A stretch of DNA of 64,000 bases from assembly GCA_963662465.1 (NCBI GenBank), contig OY759599.1:5376001-5440000 (forward strand), in the 5' to 3' direction. This document shows positions 9,172 through 19,324 of the stretch, piece after piece; positions within the stretch are counted from its first letter, which is position 1, and every line of letters starts with the position of its first letter. This DNA is from Desulfatiglandales bacterium. Its GTDB lineage: Bacteria > Desulfobacterota > DSM-4660 > Desulfatiglandales > Desulfatiglandaceae. The translations under genes were made by a program, and so were the position numbers. The notes below the pieces were generated by a model that was given only the letters and a program-made list of their open reading frames with translations, was not told the origin of the DNA and made no database searches.

Positions 9172-10500
9172 ATGAAAAGGATAACCCAATGGATGATATG
9201 CCTGTTTCTAGTGGGATGTGTGTTCTCGACGGCCACGGTCGCCGAGGAAAGTGACCTGTTATCCCTGAATGCGGGCATCGACCAACTGGCGTTACAACTG
9301 ACCCGCAAAATCGCCGACAGATACTTCAATGCGGATAAAAAGCCCTTGGTCCGGGTGGCTTTTTTCGACTTTGTCGACGCCGAAGGCAACATTACCGTTG
9401 GGTCGCGATATGTTTCAACCCGGCTCAGGCTGGCCTTTGCCGAGGGTCTTCAGTTTGAACTCCTTCCGGTTCAAGATTTTGAAAAACGGGGAGTTGTACT
9501 CACCCCAAAAGAATTTTCAAACAACGTTGGTTTGAAAGAACAACTGATGGATGAATTTAGAGCGGATGTTTACATTTTCGGAACCGTTGCTGCGGAAGGA
9601 GATTCAAACGAGGTCTGCAAGGTGACGCTCTGGGGGATTGCGCCACCTTATGAAAACTGGTACACAATCGAATCCCTCGATGTTGAAAACCCCCTCCCAT
9701 GGAAACTGGCCTTCTCCCCCTCGGGGAGTCAATTTTTCAAACATGTGACGATGGAAGGCGCAAGCGGCGTAAAAAAAGAGATCAAAGGGGAAAACCTGGG
9801 AAAGGTTATATTCTTAACCCAACCCATCTGCGACGATCTGAATCTTTCCTGGCAAATCAAAGCAGACGGAATGGTGTACGACCTTCGGAAAATTCGTGAT
9901 ATCGGGTCATTGCGGAATCGAACCGGGGGCGTCTTTCAGAGCCGCGTCAAAAGCCGGGAAACACTGAAAGAACTGAGCTACGTCATCCAGGATTGCGCCC
10001 TTATCATCAGGGAACAGGACGGCAACGGGTTTAAATGCGAGCCTTACGTGATCCCGGAAGAGAGCGATTATTTCTTTCTTCCCATCAGCCGGGATGAAAC
10101 CGGTCTGCGGTTTCAATATATATGGGGAAGACGGGGCCTGAGTAAGCGACCCTCCTCCATTGAAGGCGGCAAAGGCTGGAAACTTAACATGGCGCAGGAG
10201 GATTATGACATGATTCTTCCCGTTGGCGCGAATATGGCCACGGCCGTTCTCTCCCCTATCGCCGAAAGCCTCTACGGCTCAAAAACGCCCCGGGCCGATT
10301 ATGTCATTCGATTCAAATTTCTGGTCAAGCCTGGGCTGAACATTTACGTCATCAACTTTGAGTACAAGCGAGACTGGCCCGAAATCTATGTGCGCCGACT
10401 GGAAATAGAGGAAACGCGCGATATCCCAAAGATCAAATCCATAAGAAAAATCACAGAGGTTTACCGGGTTTACGGCGAAGAAACGGGCGAGGAGGATTGA
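9172..10500 (+). CDS. Exported hypothetical protein with FlgO/CsgG-like N-terminal domain
   Basis: 442-aa ORF tightly packed between pilP and pilQ; signal peptide; GIDQLALQL...RVAFFDFVDAEG pattern. Confidence 0.6.
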   Translation: MKRITQWMICLFLVGCVFSTATVAEESDLLSLNAGIDQLALQLTRKIADRYFNADKKPLVRVAFFDFVDAEGNITVGSRYVSTRLRLAFAEGLQFELLPVQDFEKRGVVLTPKEFSNNVGLKEQLMDEFRADVYIFGTVAAEGDSNEVCKVTLWGIAPPYENWYTIESLDVENPLPWKLAFSPSGSQFFKHVTMEGASGVKKEIKGENLGKVIFLTQPICDDLNLSWQIKADGMVYDLRKIRDIGSLRNRTGGVFQSRVKSRETLKELSYVIQDCALIIREQDGNGFKCEPYVIPEESDYFFLPISRDETGLRFQYIWGRRGLSKRPSSIEGGKGWKLNMAQEDYDMILPVGANMATAVLSPIAESLYGSKTPRADYVIRFKFLVKPGLNIYVINFEYKRDWPEIYVRRLEIEETRDIPKIKSIRKITEVYRVYGEETGEED

Positions 10501-10503
10501 TTG

Positions 10504-12882
10504 ATGCGATTAAATAAAAACAGGGCATTGCCGAACACGTTGGGCTTTTGGCTCTCCCTGCTGGGCTTCCTGATGTGTTCCTGTTCGACCCCTTCCGCCA
10601 TCCAGGTCACGGATGAAACCGGCCGCCAAGGGATTCTGGAGGCCATTGAGATCACAGCAACGCCTGAAAAGACCACCATCACCATGACGGCTCCCGGCGT
10701 TCGGACCGATCGGAAAGCCTACACCCTCACCGATCCGCTGCGCATCTGCGTGGACATTCAGGGAAAGCCTGCGGAAGACCTGCCCAGGCAGTGGTATCCG
10801 GAAGAGGGTCCCGTCGAAAAAGTCATGATTCAGGATCGCGGTCCCGGTCACATGGGCATGGTGGTATATGTCAGGCCCGAGGAGTATAAATACCGACTTA
10901 CGCCCGGAAAAGACAAGATTCTCCTGACGGTTACGCCGTTGGGTTCCGAAAAATTCGCAGCCCCTAAACCGGCTTCGCCGGTACAGGGTGATGCACCACA
11001 ACCAAAAAATCTTAATGTGGCCGTCATTGAGCGATCCGGCAACCGCACCCGACTGAGTATCGCTATAGACCGGCAAATCGAACACAATATCAACCTGGAC
11101 GGAAACCTTCTCTTGATCGATTTAAAAGGCGTTGCGGTGACGCCCCAGGGGTTAAAAGCGCTTGAGGTCGACCCCGTGGGAGGGGCCATCAAGGGTATCC
11201 GAGCCGTTTATTCACCCCAGGGCCCAACTGTACGCCTGAAAGTCATTTTAAGGGTGCCGGCGCCATACCATGTCACCCGTGATGAGACCCTGCTGATGGT
11301 TGATTTTGACGCCATGCCGGACGGGTCGTTGACTCCTCCGACCCCGGCTTTGCCGGCTCCGCCTGCCGTTATCCGGCCTGCGGCCCCCAAGTCTCCCGCC
11401 AAGCCGGCCCAAAGAATATCCGGCAATTCCCAACTTTCCGCCGGGACAAAGCGCGGCGATTCCAACGAAAAAACCCGCGCTGAACTTTCCGAGGCTACCA
11501 GCAAGGAGTACGCCGGCCAGAAGATGAGCTTCGACTTTGTGGATACGGACATTCGCAATATCCTCAAGCTCCTGGCTGAAGTGGCCAACCTCAACATTGT
11601 TTGGGGAACCGATGTGGAAGGCAAAATATCCATGCGGCTGGATAACGTCCCATGGGATCAAGCCCTGGAAATGGTCCTTAAGCCCAACGGATTGACCTAC
11701 CAGATTGAAGATGAAGTACTCTGGGTGGTTCCCCGGGCCAAACTGATGGACATGGAGATCGCCGAAAAAAAGCGAAAAGGCGCTTTAATGGCCGCCAAAC
11801 GGCTCCAGGGGATATTTGAAGCCAAGGTGGTGGAATTTATCACGGTTCGCCACAGACCCGTGGCGGACATTTTCAAGATGCTCGTGGGGGATGCCAGTGC
11901 AACGCCGCCGGTCCTGCCCATCCTGGATGTTGAAAGCGCAGAATCCCAGGAAAAAGAAGAAGGAGAGGAACAACAGGGAAAAAACATCAAAATCGCCGCT
12001 CTGGATCTTTATCTCTCCTATGATTCGGGCACCAACATGATTATTGCAAACGGGGTCCGCGCCAAGGTGGACAAGGTCAAGGAGCTTGTCCACAAGCTGG
12101 ATGTACCGGAAAAACAGGTACTGATCGAAGCCCGAATCGTGGAAGCCACCACCGGCTTTACCCGGGATCTCGGGATACAATGGCAATCCCTGGATGGGCA
12201 GAACAACGGCATTACCCGAAAATGGTACAACTCCAGCGGCAGCGCCTTTGACGGCAGTTTCTCCACCAATGCACCGGCAAACTGGGCCCCCAATATCGGA
12301 CTGGCATTCGGCTGGCTCACGGACGGGGGCTTAGGCTCCCTGGCTCTGGATGCTTCCCTGGCCCTGGCCGAGGAAGATCAGAAGGTCAACATCATCTCGG
12401 CGCCCAAGGTGATGACGGTTAACGGAGGGGAGGCCTTCATATCACGGGGGACCGTGGAATACTTTTCCGTCAGGACCCTGGATACCATTAGTTTCGAACA
12501 GATCCCCGCGGTACTCTCCCTGAAAGTCAGTCCCACGGTAAGCGCGGATAACTCTCACGTGACTATGGTGGTGGAGGTAACGGACGACAAGTCCCTTCCC
12601 GCTGAACAAACGGACACGGCGGAAGGAACCCAGGAGTCTCCGCCGGGACGGACCGAAAAGAAGATCACCAGCACCCTGATTGTAAAAACCGGGGATACAG
12701 TGGTGATCGGCGGCATCTATCAAAAAGAGGAGCGAACCGGGGATTCGGGAATCCCGTTTTTAAAGGATATCCCCCTTGTGGGATGGCTCTTCAAGGCTGA
12801 GCGAAAAGAGCGGGGGCAAACAGAACTGTTGATCTTCTTGACTCCCACCGTGGTCAAGAGCATTATTGAAAAGGATTTATGA
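10504..12882 (+). CDS. pilQ: Type IV pilus secretin PilQ with AMIN-like N-terminal domains
   Basis: YAGQKMSFDFVDTDIRNIL, NVPWDQAL, QVLIEARIVEA, GDTVVIGGIY, GIPFLKDIPLVGWLFK, ELLIFLTP. Confidence 0.95.
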   Translation: MRLNKNRALPNTLGFWLSLLGFLMCSCSTPSAIQVTDETGRQGILEAIEITATPEKTTITMTAPGVRTDRKAYTLTDPLRICVDIQGKPAEDLPRQWYPEEGPVEKVMIQDRGPGHMGMVVYVRPEEYKYRLTPGKDKILLTVTPLGSEKFAAPKPASPVQGDAPQPKNLNVAVIERSGNRTRLSIAIDRQIEHNINLDGNLLLIDLKGVAVTPQGLKALEVDPVGGAIKGIRAVYSPQGPTVRLKVILRVPAPYHVTRDETLLMVDFDAMPDGSLTPPTPALPAPPAVIRPAAPKSPAKPAQRISGNSQLSAGTKRGDSNEKTRAELSEATSKEYAGQKMSFDFVDTDIRNILKLLAEVANLNIVWGTDVEGKISMRLDNVPWDQALEMVLKPNGLTYQIEDEVLWVVPRAKLMDMEIAEKKRKGALMAAKRLQGIFEAKVVEFITVRHRPVADIFKMLVGDASATPPVLPILDVESAESQEKEEGEEQQGKNIKIAALDLYLSYDSGTNMIIANGVRAKVDKVKELVHKLDVPEKQVLIEARIVEATTGFTRDLGIQWQSLDGQNNGITRKWYNSSGSAFDGSFSTNAPANWAPNIGLAFGWLTDGGLGSLALDASLALAEEDQKVNIISAPKVMTVNGGEAFISRGTVEYFSVRTLDTISFEQIPAVLSLKVSPTVSADNSHVTMVVEVTDDKSLPAEQTDTAEGTQESPPGRTEKKITSTLIVKTGDTVVIGGIYQKEERTGDSGIPFLKDIPLVGWLFKAERKERGQTELLIFLTPTVVKSIIEKDL

Positions 12883-13658
12883 TGCATTTAAGGGAACGTT
12901 GTTTTTCGGGTGTTTTGGGGTTGTTTTCGGTATTGTTCTTGCTCGTACTTCTGTTCGGGTGCGGCGCCGACCAGGCCGCTCAAAAGAAAAAAGCAAACTC
13001 CCTGGCAAATCTGGGCGACGCCATGGCCGCCGATGGGAATACCCGGGGAGGCTTGCGAAAACTTCTGGAAGCAGCCAGGCTGAACCCGGAAAATGCCATG
13101 ATACACCAGCAGATTGCCCTTGTTTTTCGAACCCTGGGGGATTACCCGCTTTCCCTTAAATATTTCCGCAAGGCCCTGGAATTGCAGCCCCGGTTTCCCG
13201 AAGCCACAAACAACATGGGGACCGTTTATCTGCTCATGGGAGATTGGAAAAAGGCCATTGCCTGTTTCAACGAAGCTGCGGATGACATCCAATATGAAAC
13301 ACCCCAATATGCCTATAACAACATAGGTCTGGCCTATTTCAAAATGGGCGATGATCAAAAGGCCATCCAAAGCTATGAGCGGGCGCTGAGACTGACACCC
13401 TCCTATGCGGTTTGCCATATCAATCTGGCGAACGTTTACGAGGCCAAAGGAGACGTAAAACAAGCAGAGGTCCAATACCGGGAGGCGCTTCTCTACCAAC
13501 CCCGCAACCCGGCAGCCCATCTGGGGATGGCGAAACTGCTGATCCAAAACGGCAACCCCCAGGAGGCCAAAGAACACCTGGTCCAGGTCATTAAGGCTGA
13601 ACCCAAGGGGCCGGAAGCCAGGGAGGCGAGAAAACTGCTGGAAACGCTTCAGGGTTGA
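12879..13658 (+). CDS. TPR lipoprotein, PilF/PilW/Tgl-type pilotin
   Basis: Lipobox LLFGC, tandem TPRs with ATNNMG and YETPQYAYNNIG; overlaps the pilQ stop. Confidence 0.82.
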   Translation: MMHLRERCFSGVLGLFSVLFLLVLLFGCGADQAAQKKKANSLANLGDAMAADGNTRGGLRKLLEAARLNPENAMIHQQIALVFRTLGDYPLSLKYFRKALELQPRFPEATNNMGTVYLLMGDWKKAIACFNEAADDIQYETPQYAYNNIGLAYFKMGDDQKAIQSYERALRLTPSYAVCHINLANVYEAKGDVKQAEVQYREALLYQPRNPAAHLGMAKLLIQNGNPQEAKEHLVQVIKAEPKGPEAREARKLLETLQG

Positions 13659-13674
13659 GATTTGGTTTTTTCTC

Positions 13675-13698
13675 GCGCAAAGGCGCAAAGGCGCAAAG
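13675..13698 (+). repeat. Octamer tandem repeat (GCGCAAAG)x3
   Basis: gcgcaaag gcgcaaag gcgcaaag, intergenic. Confidence 0.75.
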
Positions 13699-13844
13699 AA
13701 AAAATGTGACCTTTTGGGTGGTTGCGGTGTTTACAAAATGATAAAATTGGAAAAAGGAAAGGTGTGCCGGATTCTTCCGGATGACGATATAAGTAGATGC
13801 GAAGCGCCAGGTCATCTCGGTCGGACGGGGGGAATTTTAATATA

Positions 13845-14309
13845 ATGAGATGGTTGATAATGTTTTGCTTTGGGGTTTGTTTGGGTTGTTTTTTTCCGCC
13901 GGCGTCGGGCTATGCGGTTGAGAATTCTCCGAGGATTATGGATCGCGAAATCATTGAAGCCCTTACCCGACTGGAGGAGGGTGTTAAGACCAACAGGGAA
14001 ATGATTGTAAACTTGCGAACCGAAATGGGTTACATGCGAACCGAGATGGGTTCCTTGCGAACCGAAATGGGTTCCATGCGAACCGAAATCCTGGGGTTCA
14101 TGAAGTGGGGTTTCGGCCTGCTGTTTACCGGCATGCTTATTCTTGTGGGTTTCATACTTTGGGACCGGCGCAGTACTCTGCAGCCCGTTAGGGAAGATAT
14201 TGCCGAATTGGAAACACTCAAGGTAGATCGCGTTATTGCCGCCATGAGAACTCTTGCTAAGGAAGATTCCAGGGTTGCGCAGGTCCTTCGAGGTGTGGGA
14301 TTGCTTTAA
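13845..14309 (+). CDS. Small membrane protein with heptad repeats (signal peptide, coiled coil, TM)
   Basis: Signal-like N-terminus, (L/M)RTEMG(S/Y) repeats encoded by 21-nt units at 14013-14090, TM then WDRR motif. Confidence 0.7.
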   Translation: MRWLIMFCFGVCLGCFFPPASGYAVENSPRIMDREIIEALTRLEEGVKTNREMIVNLRTEMGYMRTEMGSLRTEMGSMRTEILGFMKWGFGLLFTGMLILVGFILWDRRSTLQPVREDIAELETLKVDRVIAAMRTLAKEDSRVAQVLRGVGLL

Positions 14310-14389
14310 AACGCGGAGCGGGATAAAGTTATCAGAAGAATAAAACAGTTCAAAAATCCGCAATCAAAAAATGGGTGGGGGAAAGAGAA

Positions 14390-17300
14390 ATGAATATTAA
14401 AAAATCCGTTCGGTCCGTGATGACGGCAGCCGTTTTCGTCTGCATGCTAACCCTTCTGTTTTCCTGCGGGGGTGGCGGCGGGGACTCCGAAAGCACCCCG
14501 GGGGAAAGCGGCAGCATTACCCTTTCCACCAGCGCTACAACCCTTCCCGCAGACAACTCCAGTTCCTGTATCATTACCGCGACCATTCTGGACGGATCCG
14601 GCAGTCCGGTACGGCACTATACCGACGTGACCTTTACCACGACCCTGGGCCGTTTTAGAAACGGAAGCACCAGCTACACGGTCAAGACTCAGCCGCCCCT
14701 GGGTTCCGATGGCTTGCCGAACCCTGACGCCGACCCCACGGGCATGGCGCAGGTTGCTTTGATTGCCGGTTGGACGTCCGGTAGCGCCAAAGTGACGGTC
14801 TCCTCCAACGGGGTAACCCAGAGCATTTATATCAGCATGACTGGAACCGCCGGGAATATCACCCTTACGGCCAGCCCCGCCACCATGCCGGCTGACGGCG
14901 TCACCTCCTCCACCGTCACTGCAAGTGTCACCGACAGCAGCGGCACAGGCGTTACACCAGGAACACCCGTTACCTTCAAAACCGGTCTGGGCCTTTTCCA
15001 AAATGGTCAGAAAACCTACACCATTACCACTCCGGATAGTACGGGGACCGTCAGCGTTTCGCTCATTGCCGGGGTGGTTCCCGGCGTTACCTATGTGGAG
15101 GCTTCAGCAAACGGCATCACCCAAGCCGTGTCTATCAGCCTAACTCGAACCGATCCTGTCCGTTCGGAAATCAACGTGGATGCGGATCCATTGCGGATTG
15201 CGGCGGATGGGCAGTCTACTTCCATTGTGACCGCCACCGTGAGTTCTATTCCGGGCGCTACCGCCTCCGCCAATGCCGCGGGAACGCCCATTTCGGGTGT
15301 TCCCGTAACCTTTTATGACACCACTTCCTCCGCTACGCCGGACCCATTGCCCACAAACAACACCTGGACGGGAACCGGTACCTCCCTATTTGTAGTCCCG
15401 GCGTTTTACGCCAATGGGTCCATTATCTTTACTATAACCTATGTGGGGGCGGAGAGTTCGAATTTCGCGGTTGTTCTCTGGAAAATCGACGCGGATCCCA
15501 ATATTAAAAAATTTCTGGTTAATACAACGGGCCCGGTTGACGGGCAGTCCGTCACCTATACGCTGGCTTCAGGAAATTATCAGTTTCAGATCCTTTCGGA
15601 CGGTTACTGGGAGATTAAGGTGGATGGGGATATTTCGACGGCAACTACTACCGAACCCATTGTGCTGGCTATTGCACAAACCGATAGCAACGGCAAGGCA
15701 AGATACGCCTATACCGGCAGCACAACGCCGGGCGTGGTGACCATCAAAGCGGAAACCGGGGAAGTGAGCAATTCCGTAAATGCGCTCAGCGGTACGGTGG
15801 ATATCACCCAGACCGAAGGACCGCCGTCCAGGGTCGATGTGAAAGCGACCCCCCCATCCACTTACGCCAACGGTGAAAACGAAATTATTATCGAGGCGGA
15901 TGTCTGGGATGAAAACGGTGATCCCGCGCCCAATGGCGCCGTGGTCTCTTTTTCCGCCACCGCCGGGACCCTGAAAGAGACTTCCACCACAACCGTGAGC
16001 GGCAAAGCCTCTACGACCCTCATTGCGGTGGCCGGCGCTACCAATTCTGAATCAACGGTTACCGCCACCAGCGGTGGCTATGCCGACGCCACCGTCGTAA
16101 CCTTTACGGGTGTGTCCCTGTCGGATATGCAGGCAACACCGGTCGCCATCTTTGCAAACGGGACGGATACCTCCGAGATTACCGTTCGGCTCAAGGATCA
16201 ATCCGGCGTGGCCGTGGTCGGAGAGACAATTGCTTTTGAGACGGACAAGGGGACCCTCAGTGTTCTTTCGGTAGTGACGGATGCCGAGGGCCTGGCCAAA
16301 ACCACGCTGATGGCCCCTACCGTTAGCGGAAAGGCTGCCGTCAAAGCCGTCTATGGAACCCTCACCACAAATACCACTGTTTCCTTTGAACCGGTCGGGG
16401 CCGGTTCCATCACCCTTGCGGCCGATCCCTCGAGCATCCCGGCGGACGGCACCAGTTCCAGCAACGTCACCGCCACCATCAAATACAGCAGCGGCGCCGC
16501 CGTGCCCAAAGGGACCTCGGTTACCTTTGTCACCAACCTGGGGACATTCAGCAATGGGAAACAGACCTACACGGTTATTACCCCTGACGATGCCGGTGTG
16601 GTCTCCGCTTCCCTCATTGCCGGCACGACACCGGGAGCAGCTAAAATTACCGTATCCGCCATCGGCATCAGCCAGACCGTTTATGTGGGCATCGGCGGCG
16701 ATCCGGTGACCATTTCCCTAACCGCCGACCCTACCAGCATACCGGCGGATGGGATCAGTTCCTCCACCATTACGGCGACCCTAAAGGACAGCAGTGGTGC
16801 GCCGGTAACGCCGGGCACTCCCGTGACCTTCATAACCGATATCGGAACTTTTTCCGGGGGCGGTACGACCATTAACGTTGCCACGCCCGATGCCACGGGA
16901 ATTGTATCCGTTTCCCTGATATCGGCCACGACGGCCGGCACGGCAACCGTAACAGCCACATCCAGCGGCATCACCCAATCGGTAAATGTCGCCTTTTCGG
17001 GAAGTGTGGTGGGCAGCATCATGGTCACCGCTAATCCGAACACCCTTCCCGCTGATGGAACCAGCACCAGCATCATTCGGGCTGATGTGCGGGATGCACA
17101 GGGAAATCCCGTACCTGATGGAGAATCCATCGGTTTTGTAGTCCTCACGGGTACAGGTACGCTCTCCAGCAATTCGGCTTCGACTGTGGGCGGTTTCGCG
17201 GAGGTGACTTACACGGCTTCAAAAACCGCGGGTACTGAAACCATTCGGGCCATGAGCACGAACAATGTATCCGGCACGGTGGATATTGCCCTAACCGGGG

Positions 17301-19096
17301 CAGCCATCGGAAGCGTGCAGGTTACTGCCAATCCCACTTCCATTTCAGCCGACGGAAAGACTACCAGTACCATTACCGCCACGGTCAAAACAGCCGATAA
17401 TCAGGTGGTGCCGGATGTTGTGGTGACCTTTAAGACCTCCCGCGGGGCCATCACCTCCCCCCATACTACCGATGCCGGCGGCCAGGCTGTGTCCACCCTG
17501 ACCAGCGATCAGTTCAACGATCCCAGTGTTCTGGTGACCGCCACATGCCAGGGGGTTGAGGGGACGGTCCTGGTGTCTTTTACGGGTCTGAGCCTGACCC
17601 TGGCGGCCAATCCCACCAGCGTGCTGGCGGGAGAAAGTTCCACCATCACCGCCACCTTCAAAAACGCTTCCGGCAACCCCATCAACGGCGCCACCCTGAC
17701 CTTCAGCACGGATAAAGGCACCCTTAATCCGTCCACACCGCAGCAAACCAATGCTTCAGGCCAAGCGGTTGTCACACTGACTTCCACCACATCCGGGACC
17801 GCTACGGTCACGGTTACCGGCGGCGGCGCCACCGCCACTGCCACCGTGAATTTCACCCGCTACCTCTTTACCCTGGAGGCCAAACCCACCAGCATTCGGG
17901 TTAACGAAAACAGCGTTATCACCGCCATGATACTGGATAACGGTGTTCCCAAAGTTGGCGAAACCGTCTTTTTCAGCTCAACCTTGGGAACCCTGAATCC
18001 GTTCCAGTCTGTTACCGGGGCAGATGGAAAGACGACTTCGACTCTGACTGCCCTCACGCAGTCCGGGATCGCCGTGATCAACGGCACGGTCACCATTGCC
18101 ACGGACACGCCTCCGACGGAGTTGGCCGCCAATACCCAGGTGGTGATTACGGGTGGCGATGCCGCTAAAGTTGTTCTCACTGCGGATCCGGACGTCATTT
18201 CCACGGAAGGCGGCGTAGCCACCATTACCGCCACCGTGTATGACGCCAACGACCAGCCGGTCCGCGAACAGGAGGTCTATTTCAGGATCAACGCCGGCCC
18301 CGGCGGCGGTGAATTTCTGAGCGCCAGCGTCAAAATCACCAACGACTTTGGTGTTGCCACGGTCGAGCTGACAGCGGGAAGCCTCCCCAGTACCTACCAG
18401 GGAGTTGAAATCGAAGCCAATACCCAGGCCGATTTCGGCGGCAGCCTGGGTCTCACGACCCTCACCATTGCGGGGCCGGTGGCCAATATCGGCATCGGCA
18501 TGGATTTGCACACCCTGACACCCGAGGGAGGAGATTTAACCGTTGATATTACTGCCATTGTCACGGATACCAACGGGAACCCCGTTTCCGACGGCACCAA
18601 TGTCAGCTTTTCTGTACAGGCGGTAGAGTTTGACGAGGACCGTTCCAATGACCACGTGATTGATTGCTGGGATGCTGACAGAAATGTTCTGAGCCCCTGT
18701 CCTCCCGTGGGAACCCCCGGCTACGGTTTCACCTGGTTCAGCGATGATGTGAACCAGGATGGAGAAATGTACGGTTGTACGGGGACGTCCGGTGATCCTT
18801 GTCCACATGGTCCCATGAGTACCACCGAGGATGTAAACCATAACGGCATCCTGGATCCGGGTGAAGACAAAAATGATAACGGCGTCATCGATCCCATTCA
18901 GGGCTGCGTTATCGACGGCAGCGTGGAAACAGTCGGCGGCCTGGCAAGGGCCAAACTTGTTTACCCGCAACCGCAGGCCAACAATATTACGGTCAGGATA
19001 ACTGCCGAAGCCGGCGGGGTCAGCAATTTCTATGACACCGTGCTGCTGTGTACCGAAACCATGGTTGATCAGGGTACCTGCGGGATCGGGTATTAG
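14390..19096 (+). CDS. Invasin-like Big_1 Ig-repeat lipoprotein (~1568 aa)
   Basis: Lipobox LLFSC followed by a GGGGG linker; many ~95-aa units (LTA.P.SIPADG.S.STITATV.D..G.PV..V.F.T..G); C-terminal EDxNxNGxLDPGEDxN motif and Cys pairs. Confidence 0.88.
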   Translation: MNIKKSVRSVMTAAVFVCMLTLLFSCGGGGGDSESTPGESGSITLSTSATTLPADNSSSCIITATILDGSGSPVRHYTDVTFTTTLGRFRNGSTSYTVKTQPPLGSDGLPNPDADPTGMAQVALIAGWTSGSAKVTVSSNGVTQSIYISMTGTAGNITLTASPATMPADGVTSSTVTASVTDSSGTGVTPGTPVTFKTGLGLFQNGQKTYTITTPDSTGTVSVSLIAGVVPGVTYVEASANGITQAVSISLTRTDPVRSEINVDADPLRIAADGQSTSIVTATVSSIPGATASANAAGTPISGVPVTFYDTTSSATPDPLPTNNTWTGTGTSLFVVPAFYANGSIIFTITYVGAESSNFAVVLWKIDADPNIKKFLVNTTGPVDGQSVTYTLASGNYQFQILSDGYWEIKVDGDISTATTTEPIVLAIAQTDSNGKARYAYTGSTTPGVVTIKAETGEVSNSVNALSGTVDITQTEGPPSRVDVKATPPSTYANGENEIIIEADVWDENGDPAPNGAVVSFSATAGTLKETSTTTVSGKASTTLIAVAGATNSESTVTATSGGYADATVVTFTGVSLSDMQATPVAIFANGTDTSEITVRLKDQSGVAVVGETIAFETDKGTLSVLSVVTDAEGLAKTTLMAPTVSGKAAVKAVYGTLTTNTTVSFEPVGAGSITLAADPSSIPADGTSSSNVTATIKYSSGAAVPKGTSVTFVTNLGTFSNGKQTYTVITPDDAGVVSASLIAGTTPGAAKITVSAIGISQTVYVGIGGDPVTISLTADPTSIPADGISSSTITATLKDSSGAPVTPGTPVTFITDIGTFSGGGTTINVATPDATGIVSVSLISATTAGTATVTATSSGITQSVNVAFSGSVVGSIMVTANPNTLPADGTSTSIIRADVRDAQGNPVPDGESIGFVVLTGTGTLSSNSASTVGGFAEVTYTASKTAGTETIRAMSTNNVSGTVDIALTGAAIGSVQVTANPTSISADGKTTSTITATVKTADNQVVPDVVVTFKTSRGAITSPHTTDAGGQAVSTLTSDQFNDPSVLVTATCQGVEGTVLVSFTGLSLTLAANPTSVLAGESSTITATFKNASGNPINGATLTFSTDKGTLNPSTPQQTNASGQAVVTLTSTTSGTATVTVTGGGATATATVNFTRYLFTLEAKPTSIRVNENSVITAMILDNGVPKVGETVFFSSTLGTLNPFQSVTGADGKTTSTLTALTQSGIAVINGTVTIATDTPPTELAANTQVVITGGDAAKVVLTADPDVISTEGGVATITATVYDANDQPVREQEVYFRINAGPGGGEFLSASVKITNDFGVATVELTAGSLPSTYQGVEIEANTQADFGGSLGLTTLTIAGPVANIGIGMDLHTLTPEGGDLTVDITAIVTDTNGNPVSDGTNVSFSVQAVEFDEDRSNDHVIDCWDADRNVLSPCPPVGTPGYGFTWFSDDVNQDGEMYGCTGTSGDPCPHGPMSTTEDVNHNGILDPGEDKNDNGVIDPIQGCVIDGSVETVGGLARAKLVYPQPQANNITVRITAEAGGVSNFYDTVLLCTETMVDQGTCGIGY

Positions 19097-19324
19097 GGAT
19101 GTCCTAGGGAAGGTTTGAAAGAAGGGAAATCGGAAGACGGGGATTTGGATATTCCGGTCGTCCTTTTTCAATGAAATAAAGAATGCTGGAAAATTTTTGT
19201 ATTAAAAGCCAATCTGAAAATTGGTTAACTCAGCATCAGAACAACTCATCGGCTCGTTTCGCCGCAAGAAACGATAGGCCGGACAAATCGCGCCGGACCT
19301 GACAGGGGACAGGGAGGGGATCGC

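Noticed and set aside
19200..19320. Possible c-di-GMP riboswitch before the giant adhesin (ccaat-ctgaaa-attgg hairpin)
   Set aside because: Lacks the GCAAA linker and second-stem consensus; a cmsearch against Rfam would settle it.
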